Source of the DNA: Candidatus Calditenuaceae archaeon HR02
Lineage (GTDB): Archaea > Thermoproteota > Nitrososphaeria_A > Caldarchaeales > Calditenuaceae
DNA length: 59,413 bases
Reading direction: 5' to 3'
Assembly: GCA_002898395.1 (NCBI GenBank)
Contig: BEHE01000013.1
Location: 1 to 59,413 of the forward strand
Positions 7,561-17,620 of this stretch are shown here, piece after piece (position 1 is the stretch's first letter; the number at the start of each line of letters is the position of its first letter). The position numbers and the translations under genes were made by a program. The notes beneath the pieces were generated by a model that did no database searches, was not told where the DNA came from, and saw only the letters and a program-made list of their open reading frames with translations.

Positions 7561-9274
7561 AGATGTATCGGCCTGGGCCATCCTTTACGCAGTAGCCGAA
7601 CCGCTCAAACTGTACGACGGCCCCCTCAGCTATCTCGGACTCGTAGGGCTCGACAAGCCCCTCAACTATTCTCAAACTCTCAACGTTAAGCCCCTCCCCG
7701 CGGAAAAGCTGGTCAGGTATTAGCACTCTTAGCCTGGCCGAGCCCTCCGGAACCCACTGGATCACCTGGAGTCCCGGCTCAGGACCCCCCTCCTCGGCCC
7801 GGCAGATTAGGCCGTCGCCATTCATATCCATGACCCTGAGGTTTACAAAGTATTTGAGTCTGAACCTGTCTCCCGGCTTTAGACGCTCGGCGTCGCTTCC
7901 GGGTATGTATACAGTCTCACCCACTTCGATGGGCCTGCTCCCCATATCCACCGACGGGTGGAGGGGCGCGGTCACAATCCTCCTCCCAGCACCCTGAATG
8001 ATAATCCGCCTCGGGTTCGGGGTGAAGAAAAGCCTCGGCGTCTTCGGGTCTATTATCCTCTTGTTGATTGCGTATAGTAGCTCCCAGGAGTAGATCTTCC
8101 TGCTGGGCGTGAGGGCAACATAGAATTTGACGAACTCCCTTAAGGCCTCAGGCGATATGCCCCTTCTCCTCGCCGCGGTTACTGTGCCCAGCCTCGGGTC
8201 GTCCCAGCCCCCCACGACCCCCCGCTCGATCAACTCCCTTATCCTCCTCCTAGAGAGCGGCGTGCCCTCAAACTCGAACCTCGAATACTCTACGTAGACA
8301 GGGTTCTTCAACCCGAGCCTCTCGCGAATGGCGTCTTGGAGTGCGTCCCGGAACATGAACTCGGATGTTCTTAGGACGTGTGTGACTCCGCATACTGCGT
8401 CTTGGACTGCGACGGCGAAGTCGTATGTTGGCCAGACGATGTATCTGTCGCCCTTGAGGGGGTGTGGGTGGTCTACTATCCTGAAGAGGACGGGGTCCCT
8501 GAGGGCGGTGTTCTGGCTCAAAGGATCTCCCGCAAACCTCACGACGGCTTCTCCCTCAGACATCGCCCCTGAGAGCATCGCATCCCACTTCTCCAAGTGC
8601 CATGAAGTGTCAATCGAGCGGTGGCTGCAGGCTACTCCCTCGGCCCTCTGCCTCGACAACTCCTCTTTGCTGCAGTTGCAGACGTAGAGGTGGCCGCCCT
8701 CAAACAGCCTCCTCGCATAATCGTAGTAGAGCTCCATGTCGTCGCTGTTGTTCTTCTCCGCATCCCACTTGACGCCACACCACTTGTACCCCTCTCTATA
8801 GGAGTCGTAGTACTCCAGCCTCACCTTTCTAGGGTTTGTATCCTCAAACCTGAGCCAGAGGAATCCGCGATACCTCTCACGGTAGAGATAGTTCACTATT
8901 CCGTGGAATGCGTGTCCCAAGTGCATGTAGCCGCTGGGCTCCGGGGGTAGGCGGAGGACAACCGCGCCTTCAGCCGCGGCTGGAAGGTCCGGTAGCTGTC
9001 TCTCGGCAGCCTTCTTAGGGGCTTCTGTGAGGAGTTGTGGTGCTATCTCGGATAGCGAGGCCTCGATGGTCTGAGAATCTAGCGAGTTTACCCAGGAAAC
9101 GGCCTCCTTGACGGCCTCGACTACCTGGTTTACGACCGACTTGGCGGCGGGAAATTCGGCGATAACCTTGGAAACTACAGGCCCGACCTGCGCCTTACCC
9201 TCGTGGTCGAAGGCGTTCTTGAGGGCCCACTTCAGGGCTGCCCTCCTAATCTCCTCTACACTAACCATGTCCAT
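7547..9274 (-). CDS. gltX: Glutamyl-tRNA synthetase
   Basis: PPEPSGYMHLGH, RFEDTNP, WPTYDFA, GWDDPRL, QFERFGY. Confidence 0.97.
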   Translation of the reverse strand: MDMVSVEEIRRAALKWALKNAFDHEGKAQVGPVVSKVIAEFPAAKSVVNQVVEAVKEAVSWVNSLDSQTIEASLSEIAPQLLTEAPKKAAERQLPDLPAAAEGAVVLRLPPEPSGYMHLGHAFHGIVNYLYRERYRGFLWLRFEDTNPRKVRLEYYDSYREGYKWCGVKWDAEKNNSDDMELYYDYARRLFEGGHLYVCNCSKEELSRQRAEGVACSHRSIDTSWHLEKWDAMLSGAMSEGEAVVRFAGDPLSQNTALRDPVLFRIVDHPHPLKGDRYIVWPTYDFAVAVQDAVCGVTHVLRTSEFMFRDALQDAIRERLGLKNPVYVEYSRFEFEGTPLSRRRIRELIERGVVGGWDDPRLGTVTAARRRGISPEALREFVKFYVALTPSRKIYSWELLYAINKRIIDPKTPRLFFTPNPRRIIIQGAGRRIVTAPLHPSVDMGSRPIEVGETVYIPGSDAERLKPGDRFRLKYFVNLRVMDMNGDGLICRAEEGGPEPGLQVIQWVPEGSARLRVLIPDQLFRGEGLNVESLRIVEGLVEPYESEIAEGAVVQFERFGYCVKDGPGRYIFTHR

Positions 9275-10478
9275 GGGCTGTGGCTGACTGGATCTTCACC
9301 ACGTCCCTATCCTTCAGCCTATAGTCTGCCGGGAGCCTGAGCCCTGTTCTCGCGTCTATGGCGTAGAGTAGGCCTTTGGCCAGGTCCTTGTGAACCCTCT
9401 CTGCAAGGTCTCTGACCGTCGAGTCAGGCGGCATTAGTATGGCGTCTGGCAGGACATTACCCCGCGTATCAGTGTACTTTGTAATGTCTGCGACCGGGTA
9501 TACAACGTTCATCCCCAAGAGCTTAAAGACCGCAGTGTTGATGGCGAATTGTACGCCCGTCCTCATATACCTACCCAGTATCCGCTCGTTAATCATTTCC
9601 AGCGCCCAGAGCTGCTGCTGGGTCAGCATAGACCTGCTGATTATCTGGAACTTCTCCTCGCCGGGGAGATACTTTATCAGCCCCTTCTGCTCGGCCCGTC
9701 TCAGAATAAGCTCGGCCTCCGCGCTGCATGGAATCACTATCTTGTCAGGGAACCTCTCCTGAAGCTCCCTGTAAAACTTATCCGAGCCCTCGACATCCAT
9801 CTTATTGGCGATGATTATGGTGGGCTTGGACACCTCCCTCAAAACCTCACTGAACCTCCTATCATCCATCATACTCCAATTGTCAAAATCCTTCTCCTTG
9901 AGTCCGCTCCTCGCGAGGGCCTCCTCGACATGCTGCTGAGTAATCCTCATGCCTTTAAGCGGCTCGGAGAGGGCCTCTGCCAGGCTCTTCCCGGTCTTAA
10001 GCGTCTTTGATATCCGGTCTTGGTTCCTCTCGATAATCTTCATCAGCCAAATAACTATCTCCTCCTCTATGTCGAAGACGTCGGCCACCGGGTTACCCTT
10101 GCCAGGCTCGGTGAGCCTCCCCTCCTCGTCTACACTTCCAGAAGCGTCGACTACGTGTAGTAGTGCGTCGGACTGTGCGGCGACGGAGAGGAACTGGTTC
10201 CCAAGCCCCTTTCCAGCCCATGCACCCTTAATCAGGCCTGGGAGGTCGACTATCTCGATGGGAATGTGCCGCCACCCCTCCCTACAATACGAGTTCCTAG
10301 GACTACACTTCACCCCAAACTCCACATCCACGCAGGGGGTAACAGCGTAGCATGAGCCAACATTGGGAGACTTGGTGGTGAACGGGTATGTCGAGACCTC
10401 TGCTGAGAGTAGGGTGGCTGCGTTGAAGAACGTCGTCTTACCCGTGTTCGTCTTACCTATCAGACCAATCCTAATCAA
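9261..10478 (-). CDS. ychF: Obg-family YchF-like GTPase/ATPase with TGS domain
   Basis: GKTNTGKTT, YPFTT, DLPGL, GLGNQFL, ANKMD; likely TTG start at 10478. Confidence 0.92.
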   Translation of the reverse strand: MIRIGLIGKTNTGKTTFFNAATLLSAEVSTYPFTTKSPNVGSCYAVTPCVDVEFGVKCSPRNSYCREGWRHIPIEIVDLPGLIKGAWAGKGLGNQFLSVAAQSDALLHVVDASGSVDEEGRLTEPGKGNPVADVFDIEEEIVIWLMKIIERNQDRISKTLKTGKSLAEALSEPLKGMRITQQHVEEALARSGLKEKDFDNWSMMDDRRFSEVLREVSKPTIIIANKMDVEGSDKFYRELQERFPDKIVIPCSAEAELILRRAEQKGLIKYLPGEEKFQIISRSMLTQQQLWALEMINERILGRYMRTGVQFAINTAVFKLLGMNVVYPVADITKYTDTRGNVLPDAILMPPDSTVRDLAERVHKDLAKGLLYAIDARTGLRLPADYRLKDRDVVKIQSATAHGHG

Positions 10479-10656
10479 CCGATACCCCTGACCACCAGTT
10501 TGTCGCCGCTCAGAGAAAAACCTTCCCCACTCCTTCAGCCTCTCAGTCCTCAAGATGGGCGGGTCGAGCCATGGCTCGGTGCGCGTAGTCTGAGGTGGTC
10601 TAAAATAATTTCTGTGAAAACCCATAAATACGGCTCTAAATATAAAGTCGTTGAGA

Positions 10657-11679
10657 ATGCCCACTATCAGCCCATTCATCATATACATACTTCGAAAGGG
10701 CTTATTCATCGCGGCTACCTTCTTCGCCTTCCTCCTGATCATATTCGCGCTGCCGCGGGCTATTCCAGGCAACCCGGTCGCAGCCCTACTCACCCAGATC
10801 TTCCAGCAGGCACAGGCGAACCCGGATACAGTCAAAGCAGTGTACCGTAAATTCTTGGAGGAGTTTGGACTGCATAAACCGCTGCACGAGCAGCTCTTCG
10901 ACTTCCTCTCCCGCCTGATGACTGGTGATCTGGGGACATCAATAGCCTTCTATCCGAGAAAGGTTGCTGACCTTGTAGCGTCATATCTCCCCTGGACACT
11001 CGGTCTTTTAATACCAGCCATCCTTGTTGCCTGGGCTCTTGGAAACCTCTTGGGAGCGTGGGCAGCATATAGGAGGAGGACGAGGGTTGACAATGCCCTC
11101 CTTCCAGCCTTCCTAGTGCTTTCACAGGTCCCATACTACTGGCTCGCCATGATTCTACTCTATGTACTTGCTGTTACGGCGCGGGTATTCCCCGTGGCCG
11201 GAGCCTATCCGCCGGCCATGTCCCCCTCCCTCACACCAGCCTTCATTCTCGCAATGCTACACCACTACACGCTACCGTTCCTATCAATTGTTATCGTTGC
11301 TATCGGTGGCTGGGCGATAGGGATGAGGGTCTTGGTAATCTATGAGCTCAGGTCAGACTATGTTGAGTACAGCGAGCTTCTCGGGCTCAGCGACAAGAAA
11401 ATACTCGGTTACGTGTTCAGGAACTCTATCCTACCGCAGATTACCGGCCTCGCCCTCTCGATGGGTACGGTGATGGGTGGCGCGCTGATAACTGAGCTTG
11501 TCTTCTCATATCCAGGAACTGGATACCTATTGTTTCGGGCCCTCTCAACCTTGGACTATCCTCTGATTCAGGGGACATTCATCATTCTTGTCTCAACACT
11601 GCTCGCAGCCAACCTGATAGTGGACATCCTATACGCATATATTGACCCGAGAATTAGGGTCAGCTACGTGGGTGACTGA
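10657..11679 (+). CDS. Opp/Dpp-family ABC permease
   Basis: PGNPV, GDLGTS, ITELVFSYPGTG, DYPLIQG, IDPRIR. Confidence 0.93.
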   Translation: MPTISPFIIYILRKGLFIAATFFAFLLIIFALPRAIPGNPVAALLTQIFQQAQANPDTVKAVYRKFLEEFGLHKPLHEQLFDFLSRLMTGDLGTSIAFYPRKVADLVASYLPWTLGLLIPAILVAWALGNLLGAWAAYRRRTRVDNALLPAFLVLSQVPYYWLAMILLYVLAVTARVFPVAGAYPPAMSPSLTPAFILAMLHHYTLPFLSIVIVAIGGWAIGMRVLVIYELRSDYVEYSELLGLSDKKILGYVFRNSILPQITGLALSMGTVMGGALITELVFSYPGTGYLLFRALSTLDYPLIQGTFIILVSTLLAANLIVDILYAYIDPRIRVSYVGD

Positions 11680-11685
11680 GAAGGA

Positions 11686-12540
11686 ATGCTACGCAACGTA
11701 TCCAAGATTATCAGTCCAGAACTCTTCACAATCAAGAAACTCGACGCCAGCCTCGCCGCCCTCCTAACCATCTTTGCTCTAGGCTTCGTCGGACCCACGA
11801 TCTACCCGGTCCAGCCGACGGCCGTGGTTGGGCCCCTCGAAACCCCGCCTTCACAACTATACCCCCTCGGGACTGATGCCTATGGGAAGGATGTCCTCGC
11901 CCAGCTCATGGCGGGTATCCGAGGCTCCCTCCAGATAGGTGCTACCGCCGCGGCGATATCGCTGCTCATAGGTGTCCTGATAGGCTTGGTGGCGGGGTAT
12001 AAGGGTAAGATCATCGATAACCTCTTGATGATGCTGACAGATATCGTGCTACTACTCCCCTCGATATTGTTGATGATCTTGGTGGCTGCGTATTTTAAGT
12101 GGAGAGACCCGCTGCTGGTCTCCATAATCATCGGTGTTACTTCTTGGCCCTGGGTTGCCAGGGCTGTTAGGTCTCAGACCCTCAGCCTCAAGAATAGAGA
12201 GTTTGTCAACCTCTCGAAGATGGCGGGGCTAAGCGACTTCCAGATAGTCATCAGGGACATACTTCCAAACGTCGCGTCATATATCTTCATGGCCTATGTT
12301 CTCTTGATGTCGGGCGCCATGCTAGCTGAGACAGGCTTAAGCATGATAGGCCTCGGAACCACCCAGGGTGCTACGCTCGGAAACATACTTTTCTGGGCCC
12401 AGGTCTTAGAGGCTGTGAGGAGGGGGCTCTGGTGGTGGTTTATCCCGCCGGGAGCCGTCCTGGTTGCCATGGCCGCCTCCCTCTTGATGATAGCAACGGC
12501 GCTTGACGAGTACTTCAACCCGCGGCTAAGGGGTAGCTAG
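11686..12540 (+). CDS. Opp/Dpp-family ABC permease
   Basis: LGTDAYGKDV, WPWVARAVRSQ, FNPRLR. Confidence 0.93.
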   Translation: MLRNVSKIISPELFTIKKLDASLAALLTIFALGFVGPTIYPVQPTAVVGPLETPPSQLYPLGTDAYGKDVLAQLMAGIRGSLQIGATAAAISLLIGVLIGLVAGYKGKIIDNLLMMLTDIVLLLPSILLMILVAAYFKWRDPLLVSIIIGVTSWPWVARAVRSQTLSLKNREFVNLSKMAGLSDFQIVIRDILPNVASYIFMAYVLLMSGAMLAETGLSMIGLGTTQGATLGNILFWAQVLEAVRRGLWWWFIPPGAVLVAMAASLLMIATALDEYFNPRLRGS

Positions 12541-13527
12541 ATGCCCGAGCCCCTACTACTGGGTCTTGGACTCCGCGCCTCCTATGTTCTACGGCTGGGG
12601 GAGGTTAGAGCGGTAGACGGTGTCGACATAGAGGTTCCCCGAGAAGCAATAGTTGGCCTAGCGGGAGAGTCGGGTTGCGGCAAGTCTACACTCGTCAACG
12701 TACTGCTTGCCAACATTAGGCCGCCCCTCAGGGTTAAGGCCGGAAAGATATTACTGGACGGCGTTAACCTTCTACAGATGAGCAGGGAGGAGATTAGGAA
12801 GAAGGTGTGGGGGGTAAAGGTCTCCTATGTCCCACAATCTGCCCTAAACGCCCTCAACCCCACCAAGCGGATAATCGAGCTAGTCAAAGACGCCATAACA
12901 CAGCACACGCCAGCAACCGACTGGGAGGTTGTCTCCATGACTAAGAGGAGGCTCGAAGAACTGAATCTCCCGACAGACAGCATACACAAGTATCCACACG
13001 AGCTGTCAGGGGGTATGAGGCAGAGGGTCATAATAGCGATATCGACGCTTCTAAACCCCAGACTGCTCGTCGTCGACGAGCCTACCTCAGCACTTGACGT
13101 CTCGACCCAGAAGCAAGTACTGAAAATGATGCTGGACATGAAGAGGAACAGAATAATTGACAGCATATTATTCGTTACCCACGAGCTCCCGCTCCTTAGA
13201 CAAGTGGCCACCCACGTCTACATAATGTATGCGGGAAAAATCGTCGAATACGGGCCCGCGGACCATATCTTCCAAAACCCACTCCACCCGTACACGAAGG
13301 CGTTGATGTATTCTGTAATGACCCCCGAACCCGAGGCTCGTGAGAGGGGTTTTGCGACGATTCCAGGCGAGCCACCAAGCCTGATAATGCCTCCGCAGGG
13401 CTGCAGGTTCCACCCCCGCTGCCCATACGTAATGGATATTTGCAGGAGAAGCGAGCCGAGGCTAGCCCCTGTCGGTGAGGGGCGGGGAGTTGCCTGCTTC
13501 CTCCACCACTCAGAGGTGGCTGGCTGA
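12541..13527 (+). CDS. Opp/Dpp ABC ATPase (DppD-like)
   Basis: GESGCGKS, LSGGMRQR, HPYT, GCRFHPRC. Confidence 0.95.
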   Translation: MPEPLLLGLGLRASYVLRLGEVRAVDGVDIEVPREAIVGLAGESGCGKSTLVNVLLANIRPPLRVKAGKILLDGVNLLQMSREEIRKKVWGVKVSYVPQSALNALNPTKRIIELVKDAITQHTPATDWEVVSMTKRRLEELNLPTDSIHKYPHELSGGMRQRVIIAISTLLNPRLLVVDEPTSALDVSTQKQVLKMMLDMKRNRIIDSILFVTHELPLLRQVATHVYIMYAGKIVEYGPADHIFQNPLHPYTKALMYSVMTPEPEARERGFATIPGEPPSLIMPPQGCRFHPRCPYVMDICRRSEPRLAPVGEGRGVACFLHHSEVAG

Positions 13528-13530
13528 GAG

Positions 13531-14319
13531 ATGCTCGAGGTCAAGAATCTGAGCAAGGTCTTCACCGTCGGGCTCTTCAGCAGGCACAGAATAGAGGCAG
13601 TGAAGAATGTTTCAATGAGGGTGGGTAGGGGTGAGATAGTCTCGCTCGTCGGTGAGAGCGGCTCGGGCAAGACGACACTCTGCCGAATGATTCTCAGACT
13701 CCTAGAACCTACTTCAGGCTCCATCATATATGATGGCGTCGACGTCACCAAGCTGAAGGGGAAGAAGCTGAGATGGTATTGGAGGAAAGTCCACGGAGTC
13801 TTCCAAGACCCCTACGCGGCATTCCACCCATTCTATCGCGTGGAACGCATACTCTACCAGGCCTTCAACCTGCTCCCAGGCCTCAGCGAGGAGGAGAAGA
13901 AGGCCCGAGTACACGAGGCATTAAAGATGGTTGGGCTCAATCCAGCCGAGGTCCTCGGCAAATATCCACACGAGCTTTCAGGCGGGATGAGGCAGAGGAT
14001 AGCCATCGCGAGATGCTTCATCCTCGACCCCGAGCTAATAATAGCTGACGAGCCCGTATCGATGCTAGACGCCTCCACACGCATAGGTGTAGTCAAGTTA
14101 TTCAAAGACTTAAGAGACAGTATGGACTCATCCGTAATATTTGTGACACATGACATAGGGCTTGCATATGTGGTGAGCGACCGGGTACTGATAATGTATA
14201 AGGGCGTGATCGTCGAGGAGGGAGACCCGGTCACGGTGATGGAGAATCCAATCCACCCCTACACGAGGCGGCTTAGGGAGGATGTCCCCCTACTCTACAG
14301 GAAGTGGGAGGGCTTCTAG
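13531..14319 (+). CDS. Opp/Dpp ABC ATPase (DppF-like)
   Basis: GESGSGKT, LSGGMRQR, DEPVSMLD. Confidence 0.95.
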   Translation: MLEVKNLSKVFTVGLFSRHRIEAVKNVSMRVGRGEIVSLVGESGSGKTTLCRMILRLLEPTSGSIIYDGVDVTKLKGKKLRWYWRKVHGVFQDPYAAFHPFYRVERILYQAFNLLPGLSEEEKKARVHEALKMVGLNPAEVLGKYPHELSGGMRQRIAIARCFILDPELIIADEPVSMLDASTRIGVVKLFKDLRDSMDSSVIFVTHDIGLAYVVSDRVLIMYKGVIVEEGDPVTVMENPIHPYTRRLREDVPLLYRKWEGF

Positions 14320-14325
14320 GAAGTC

Positions 14326-14535
14326 TTGTCCTCACCTTTCCTCGAAAGAGCCCTACTCACAATCCTCGTATGGGGTCTACTCCTAGAGATTTTCGGGGTT
14401 ATAGTTCTAAGCAGCCAGCCCTGGAGGTTCGAGTTCTCATACCTCGTAGTACTACTGGTAATAACGCTTGCAGCGATAATACTGATAGTTTCAAGACTAA
14501 GGAAAAAATATAGTATTGGTTTGCAGGTTAGCTAG
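14326..14535 (+). CDS. Small two-TM membrane protein
   Basis: Two hydrophobic segments; 6 bp after the ATPase stop. Confidence 0.55.
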   Translation: MSSPFLERALLTILVWGLLLEIFGVIVLSSQPWRFEFSYLVVLLVITLAAIILIVSRLRKKYSIGLQVS

Positions 14536-16540
14536 CCTTTCTCCTTCTACCTACTAGCAGACCTGCTACAGCACCGACTATGAGTGCCACGATAGCAGCT
14601 ACAGCGGTCATGGTAACGTCCGTGACTGTTTCGGTCCTAGTCACTACCTGCGTCTGTGTAAGCGCCACTGTCTGGGTGGCGAAGACTGTTCTCTCAAGCG
14701 TCCTCTCCAACGTAACAGTCACTGTAGTAGCGCCAGTGACCGTTGCAGGCGGCTGAGGCGGAGCAATAACCTTAGCCAGGTCGTCGAAGAACTTCGTGGT
14801 CGGGAACTTCAGCCTGTTTATCCAGGCTGGATATGCTGGGTCTTGCCCCTTCTTGGCGATATAGAACCATACTGGCAGATTAGAGGGCCATGACCACATA
14901 GTGTCGAACCATCCCTGATTCTCCTCAGCAGGCCAGCCAACCCAGTATTGAGCTGAGTACTCATACCAAACAGCACCGTAGAAGAGTGGAACACCTGGAA
15001 GATCCCTCAGAAAGATCTCTTGCAACCTACTATAGTACTGCTGGATCTTAGCAGGGTCGGTTTCTTTCGGTATGGCATCGATGAGTGGGATCACTTCCTG
15101 GTTCTTGTAGTTCGCCCAGTTCCCCGCTGGCCACGAGAGCCTCGGGTCCATCACCATCCTAAATACATTCCATGGATGAGCATATCCCACGCCCGCTGAC
15201 CATCCGAGCCACAGGTCTAGCTGCTTGTCTATTGAACGCTGCCACCAAACGCTGAAGTCTGGGAACTCCGTGCTAACCTCTATACCTATTGACTTGAGGT
15301 TCTGTGCTATGATCTCGCACATGGCCATCCAGTCAGTCCACCCGTAGGGCACCTGAATCGTCAAGCCCTTCAGCGGGGTACCGTCAGGAAGCTCCCTCCA
15401 CCCATCCCCATCCCTGTCGATTATTCCAGCGTCATCTAGGATTTTCTTAGCCTTATTTAGGTCATAGACAGGGTACATGGGCTCCAGCTTCTTGTCAATG
15501 TATTTGGCGGCGGGGCTTGTGTGGACGATGAGGGACGGTGACGCGCGGATGCTATAGTTATAGTATGGCTTGCTTATCAACTCATCGAACGGTATTGCGT
15601 GGGCGATCGCCCTCCTAACATTCGGGTCTGCCAACGCCTTCTTTTCATAGTTCATGTATAGGAGAATCGGGCTATCACCCAGGTAGTATGGCTGCTTGGC
15701 GAAGTATGTCCTCCTCTCAAGCCCTTTAACCTCCCACAGCTCCCAGATCTTAGGCGTGAAGTGGGTCATCGAGTCTATTTCTCCCGCCTCGAAGGCTAGC
15801 GCTGCAGCAGGGTTGTCCTTGAATGTCCTATGACATATGTACTTGGGGCGCGGAAGCCCAAAGAGGTCTCGACCCCACCAGTCATCAACCCTAGTATAGC
15901 AGAATGTGTCCTCGGTGAATCTTAATAGCCTGTAAGGGCCTGCTCCAACAATCTCCTCAGGCTTCTGCTCCATATATTCGCTGGCGATCTTGCCGCCAAT
16001 CTGTGCCTCCAGAGCTGACCATCTGTGCTGGGGAAGAATAAAAGTCGTCAGTACTCCGAGAAGTTGGAAGTAGTTCAGCTTCGCCTCACTTGTAACCAGC
16101 TGAACAGTTTTTTGGTCAATCACTTTAACCTCCTCAATATAGTCCCACATCGGCGTTAACGCCCCTATGGTATATTTCTTTCCAAGCTCGAAGGTGTATT
16201 TTACATCATTAGCAGTTACTGGCTTACCGTCCCACCACTTCGCCTCAGGCCTAATCTTTACCTCGAGGGTGTACTTGTCTATCCATCTGTAGCTCTCAGC
16301 AGCGTATGGAATCCACTCATCACTAAACCTACTATACATGAAGAGCGAGGGATACATCATTTGCGTTCCCCAATCCACAGAGGGTAGTAGCGGGTTGAAG
16401 CCCTTTGGAGGCCCCCAGTCAGAGGAGAGGTAGACCGTCTCCTCCCGCGGGATCTCCTGCGCCTGCGCAGTCGTCAACAACAGCGGCAACAAAAGCGCAA
16501 CAGCCAACAGTAAGGGCGCTGCCCTTTTCATAGCAACCAT
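14528..16540 (-). CDS. Family-5 ABC substrate-binding protein (oligosaccharide/peptide)
   Basis: Signal peptide, PREET, WWDGKPVTANDVKYT, VPYGWTDW, Thr-rich linker and C-terminal TM anchor. Confidence 0.92.
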   Translation of the reverse strand: MVAMKRAAPLLLAVALLLPLLLTTAQAQEIPREETVYLSSDWGPPKGFNPLLPSVDWGTQMMYPSLFMYSRFSDEWIPYAAESYRWIDKYTLEVKIRPEAKWWDGKPVTANDVKYTFELGKKYTIGALTPMWDYIEEVKVIDQKTVQLVTSEAKLNYFQLLGVLTTFILPQHRWSALEAQIGGKIASEYMEQKPEEIVGAGPYRLLRFTEDTFCYTRVDDWWGRDLFGLPRPKYICHRTFKDNPAAALAFEAGEIDSMTHFTPKIWELWEVKGLERRTYFAKQPYYLGDSPILLYMNYEKKALADPNVRRAIAHAIPFDELISKPYYNYSIRASPSLIVHTSPAAKYIDKKLEPMYPVYDLNKAKKILDDAGIIDRDGDGWRELPDGTPLKGLTIQVPYGWTDWMAMCEIIAQNLKSIGIEVSTEFPDFSVWWQRSIDKQLDLWLGWSAGVGYAHPWNVFRMVMDPRLSWPAGNWANYKNQEVIPLIDAIPKETDPAKIQQYYSRLQEIFLRDLPGVPLFYGAVWYEYSAQYWVGWPAEENQGWFDTMWSWPSNLPVWFYIAKKGQDPAYPAWINRLKFPTTKFFDDLAKVIAPPQPPATVTGATTVTVTLERTLERTVFATQTVALTQTQVVTRTETVTDVTMTAVAAIVALIVGAVAGLLVGRRRKAS

Positions 16541-16608
16541 AGACCTAATGTACTACGATATAAAGATTTGAGGGGAAGATAATATCAGCTCTCACAGTTT
16601 TATGCATG

Positions 16609-16965
16609 CGCTCATCTCGGTCTCATAAGGGATTTATATATTCTCCTCGGAATTTTCTTTGGCCATGGACCCCGATGGTGTTAGGTCTGTACTCCTTCCG
16701 GATAGGGAGAAGGTTCCTGAACTACCTTGGAGAGTCAGGTTCAAGGGAGGTCTCAAATGCGTCTACTGCGGTTCCTCTGAGGTTAGGAAGGATGGAAAGG
16801 ACAGGATGTGAGAACAGGCACTCATTCCTCAGGTCATTCCTATCGAGTTTAAGAGGGGTAAGCAAGAGGTACCTCCAAGAATACCTATCATTCCTAGCGC
16901 TTTTGATCAACAGGCCTACAAGGTGGTTCAGTACACTGCTATCCCTTACAATGCCGATATGAGCG
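16609..16965 (+). mobile_element. Internally deleted IS1595-family element
   Basis: Imperfect 25-bp TIRs (CGCTCATCTCGG...TAAGGGAT / ATCCCTTA...CCGATATGAGCG); 8-bp TSD TATGCATG at 16601 and 16966; residual KCVYCGS and [12 protein letters not shown]. Confidence 0.85.
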
Positions 16966-17014
16966 TATGCATGTATACATCTAACTATGGGATTATCAGG
17001 GGGTGCTGTAGCTC

Positions 17015-17264
17015 TTGAGAGTATCCATGGTATGATGGCATAGGTTGAGGGGTCTGGATATAGCACTAGGTCGGACTCGTGTATGTCTACGAATCCCCTG
17101 ATAGATGAGCCGTCAAGCTTTGGGACGCCTGAGGAGAATGAATCCTCGTCAAGGAATTTGGCTGGAATCGTTACGTGCTGGAGCCTGCCCGGAACATCCG
17201 TGAACTGGAGGTCAATGTATTTTATGCCATTTTCAACGCTCTCCAACACTTGGTCAAGGCCCAT
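17015..17264 (-). pseudogene. glnA: Glutamine synthetase 5' fragment
   Basis: [10 protein letters not shown]...[26 protein letters not shown], then homology is lost. Confidence 0.85.
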
Positions 17265-17465
17265 CCTCCACAGTACGAGCTCGCGTTGAAAGGGAGCTGG
17301 AGGAGCAGCTATTCGACAGGCTCGTAGAAGTTGAATTCCTAAGATCGCGAGAAGGCACTCTAAGCGGGGCTGAGGAGGATCAACTTAAAACAATCAATAT
17401 CATCCGACAACCATAGTGAAGAATTAAACACCCAAACAACGGAAAAATGGGGGAGGGAGGTTAGC

Positions 17466-17620
17466 CCGGCGGACAACCATCCCAACAACACCTAGGAAAC
17501 CCAAACGAGGCCGGTTGTTAAGAGCTATGACATGACTGGCGAAAATGCCAGTCTATTTAATTTTCTGACATACCTGCCCCCTGGGTTTTATCCCTGTTGC
17601 TGGGCCGGTATGCCCGCCGG
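17466..17620 (-). ncRNA. Candidate dual-guide hairpin RNA (copy 2)
   Basis: Same scaffold as 6071-6228 with ATGTC-AGAAAATTA-AAT and ATGTC-ATAGCTCTT-AAC. Confidence 0.75.

Noticed and set aside
10479-10835. N-terminal extension of the YchF ORF
   Set aside because: Overlaps the divergent permease gene and intergenic promoters; homology starts at LIRIGLIGK.
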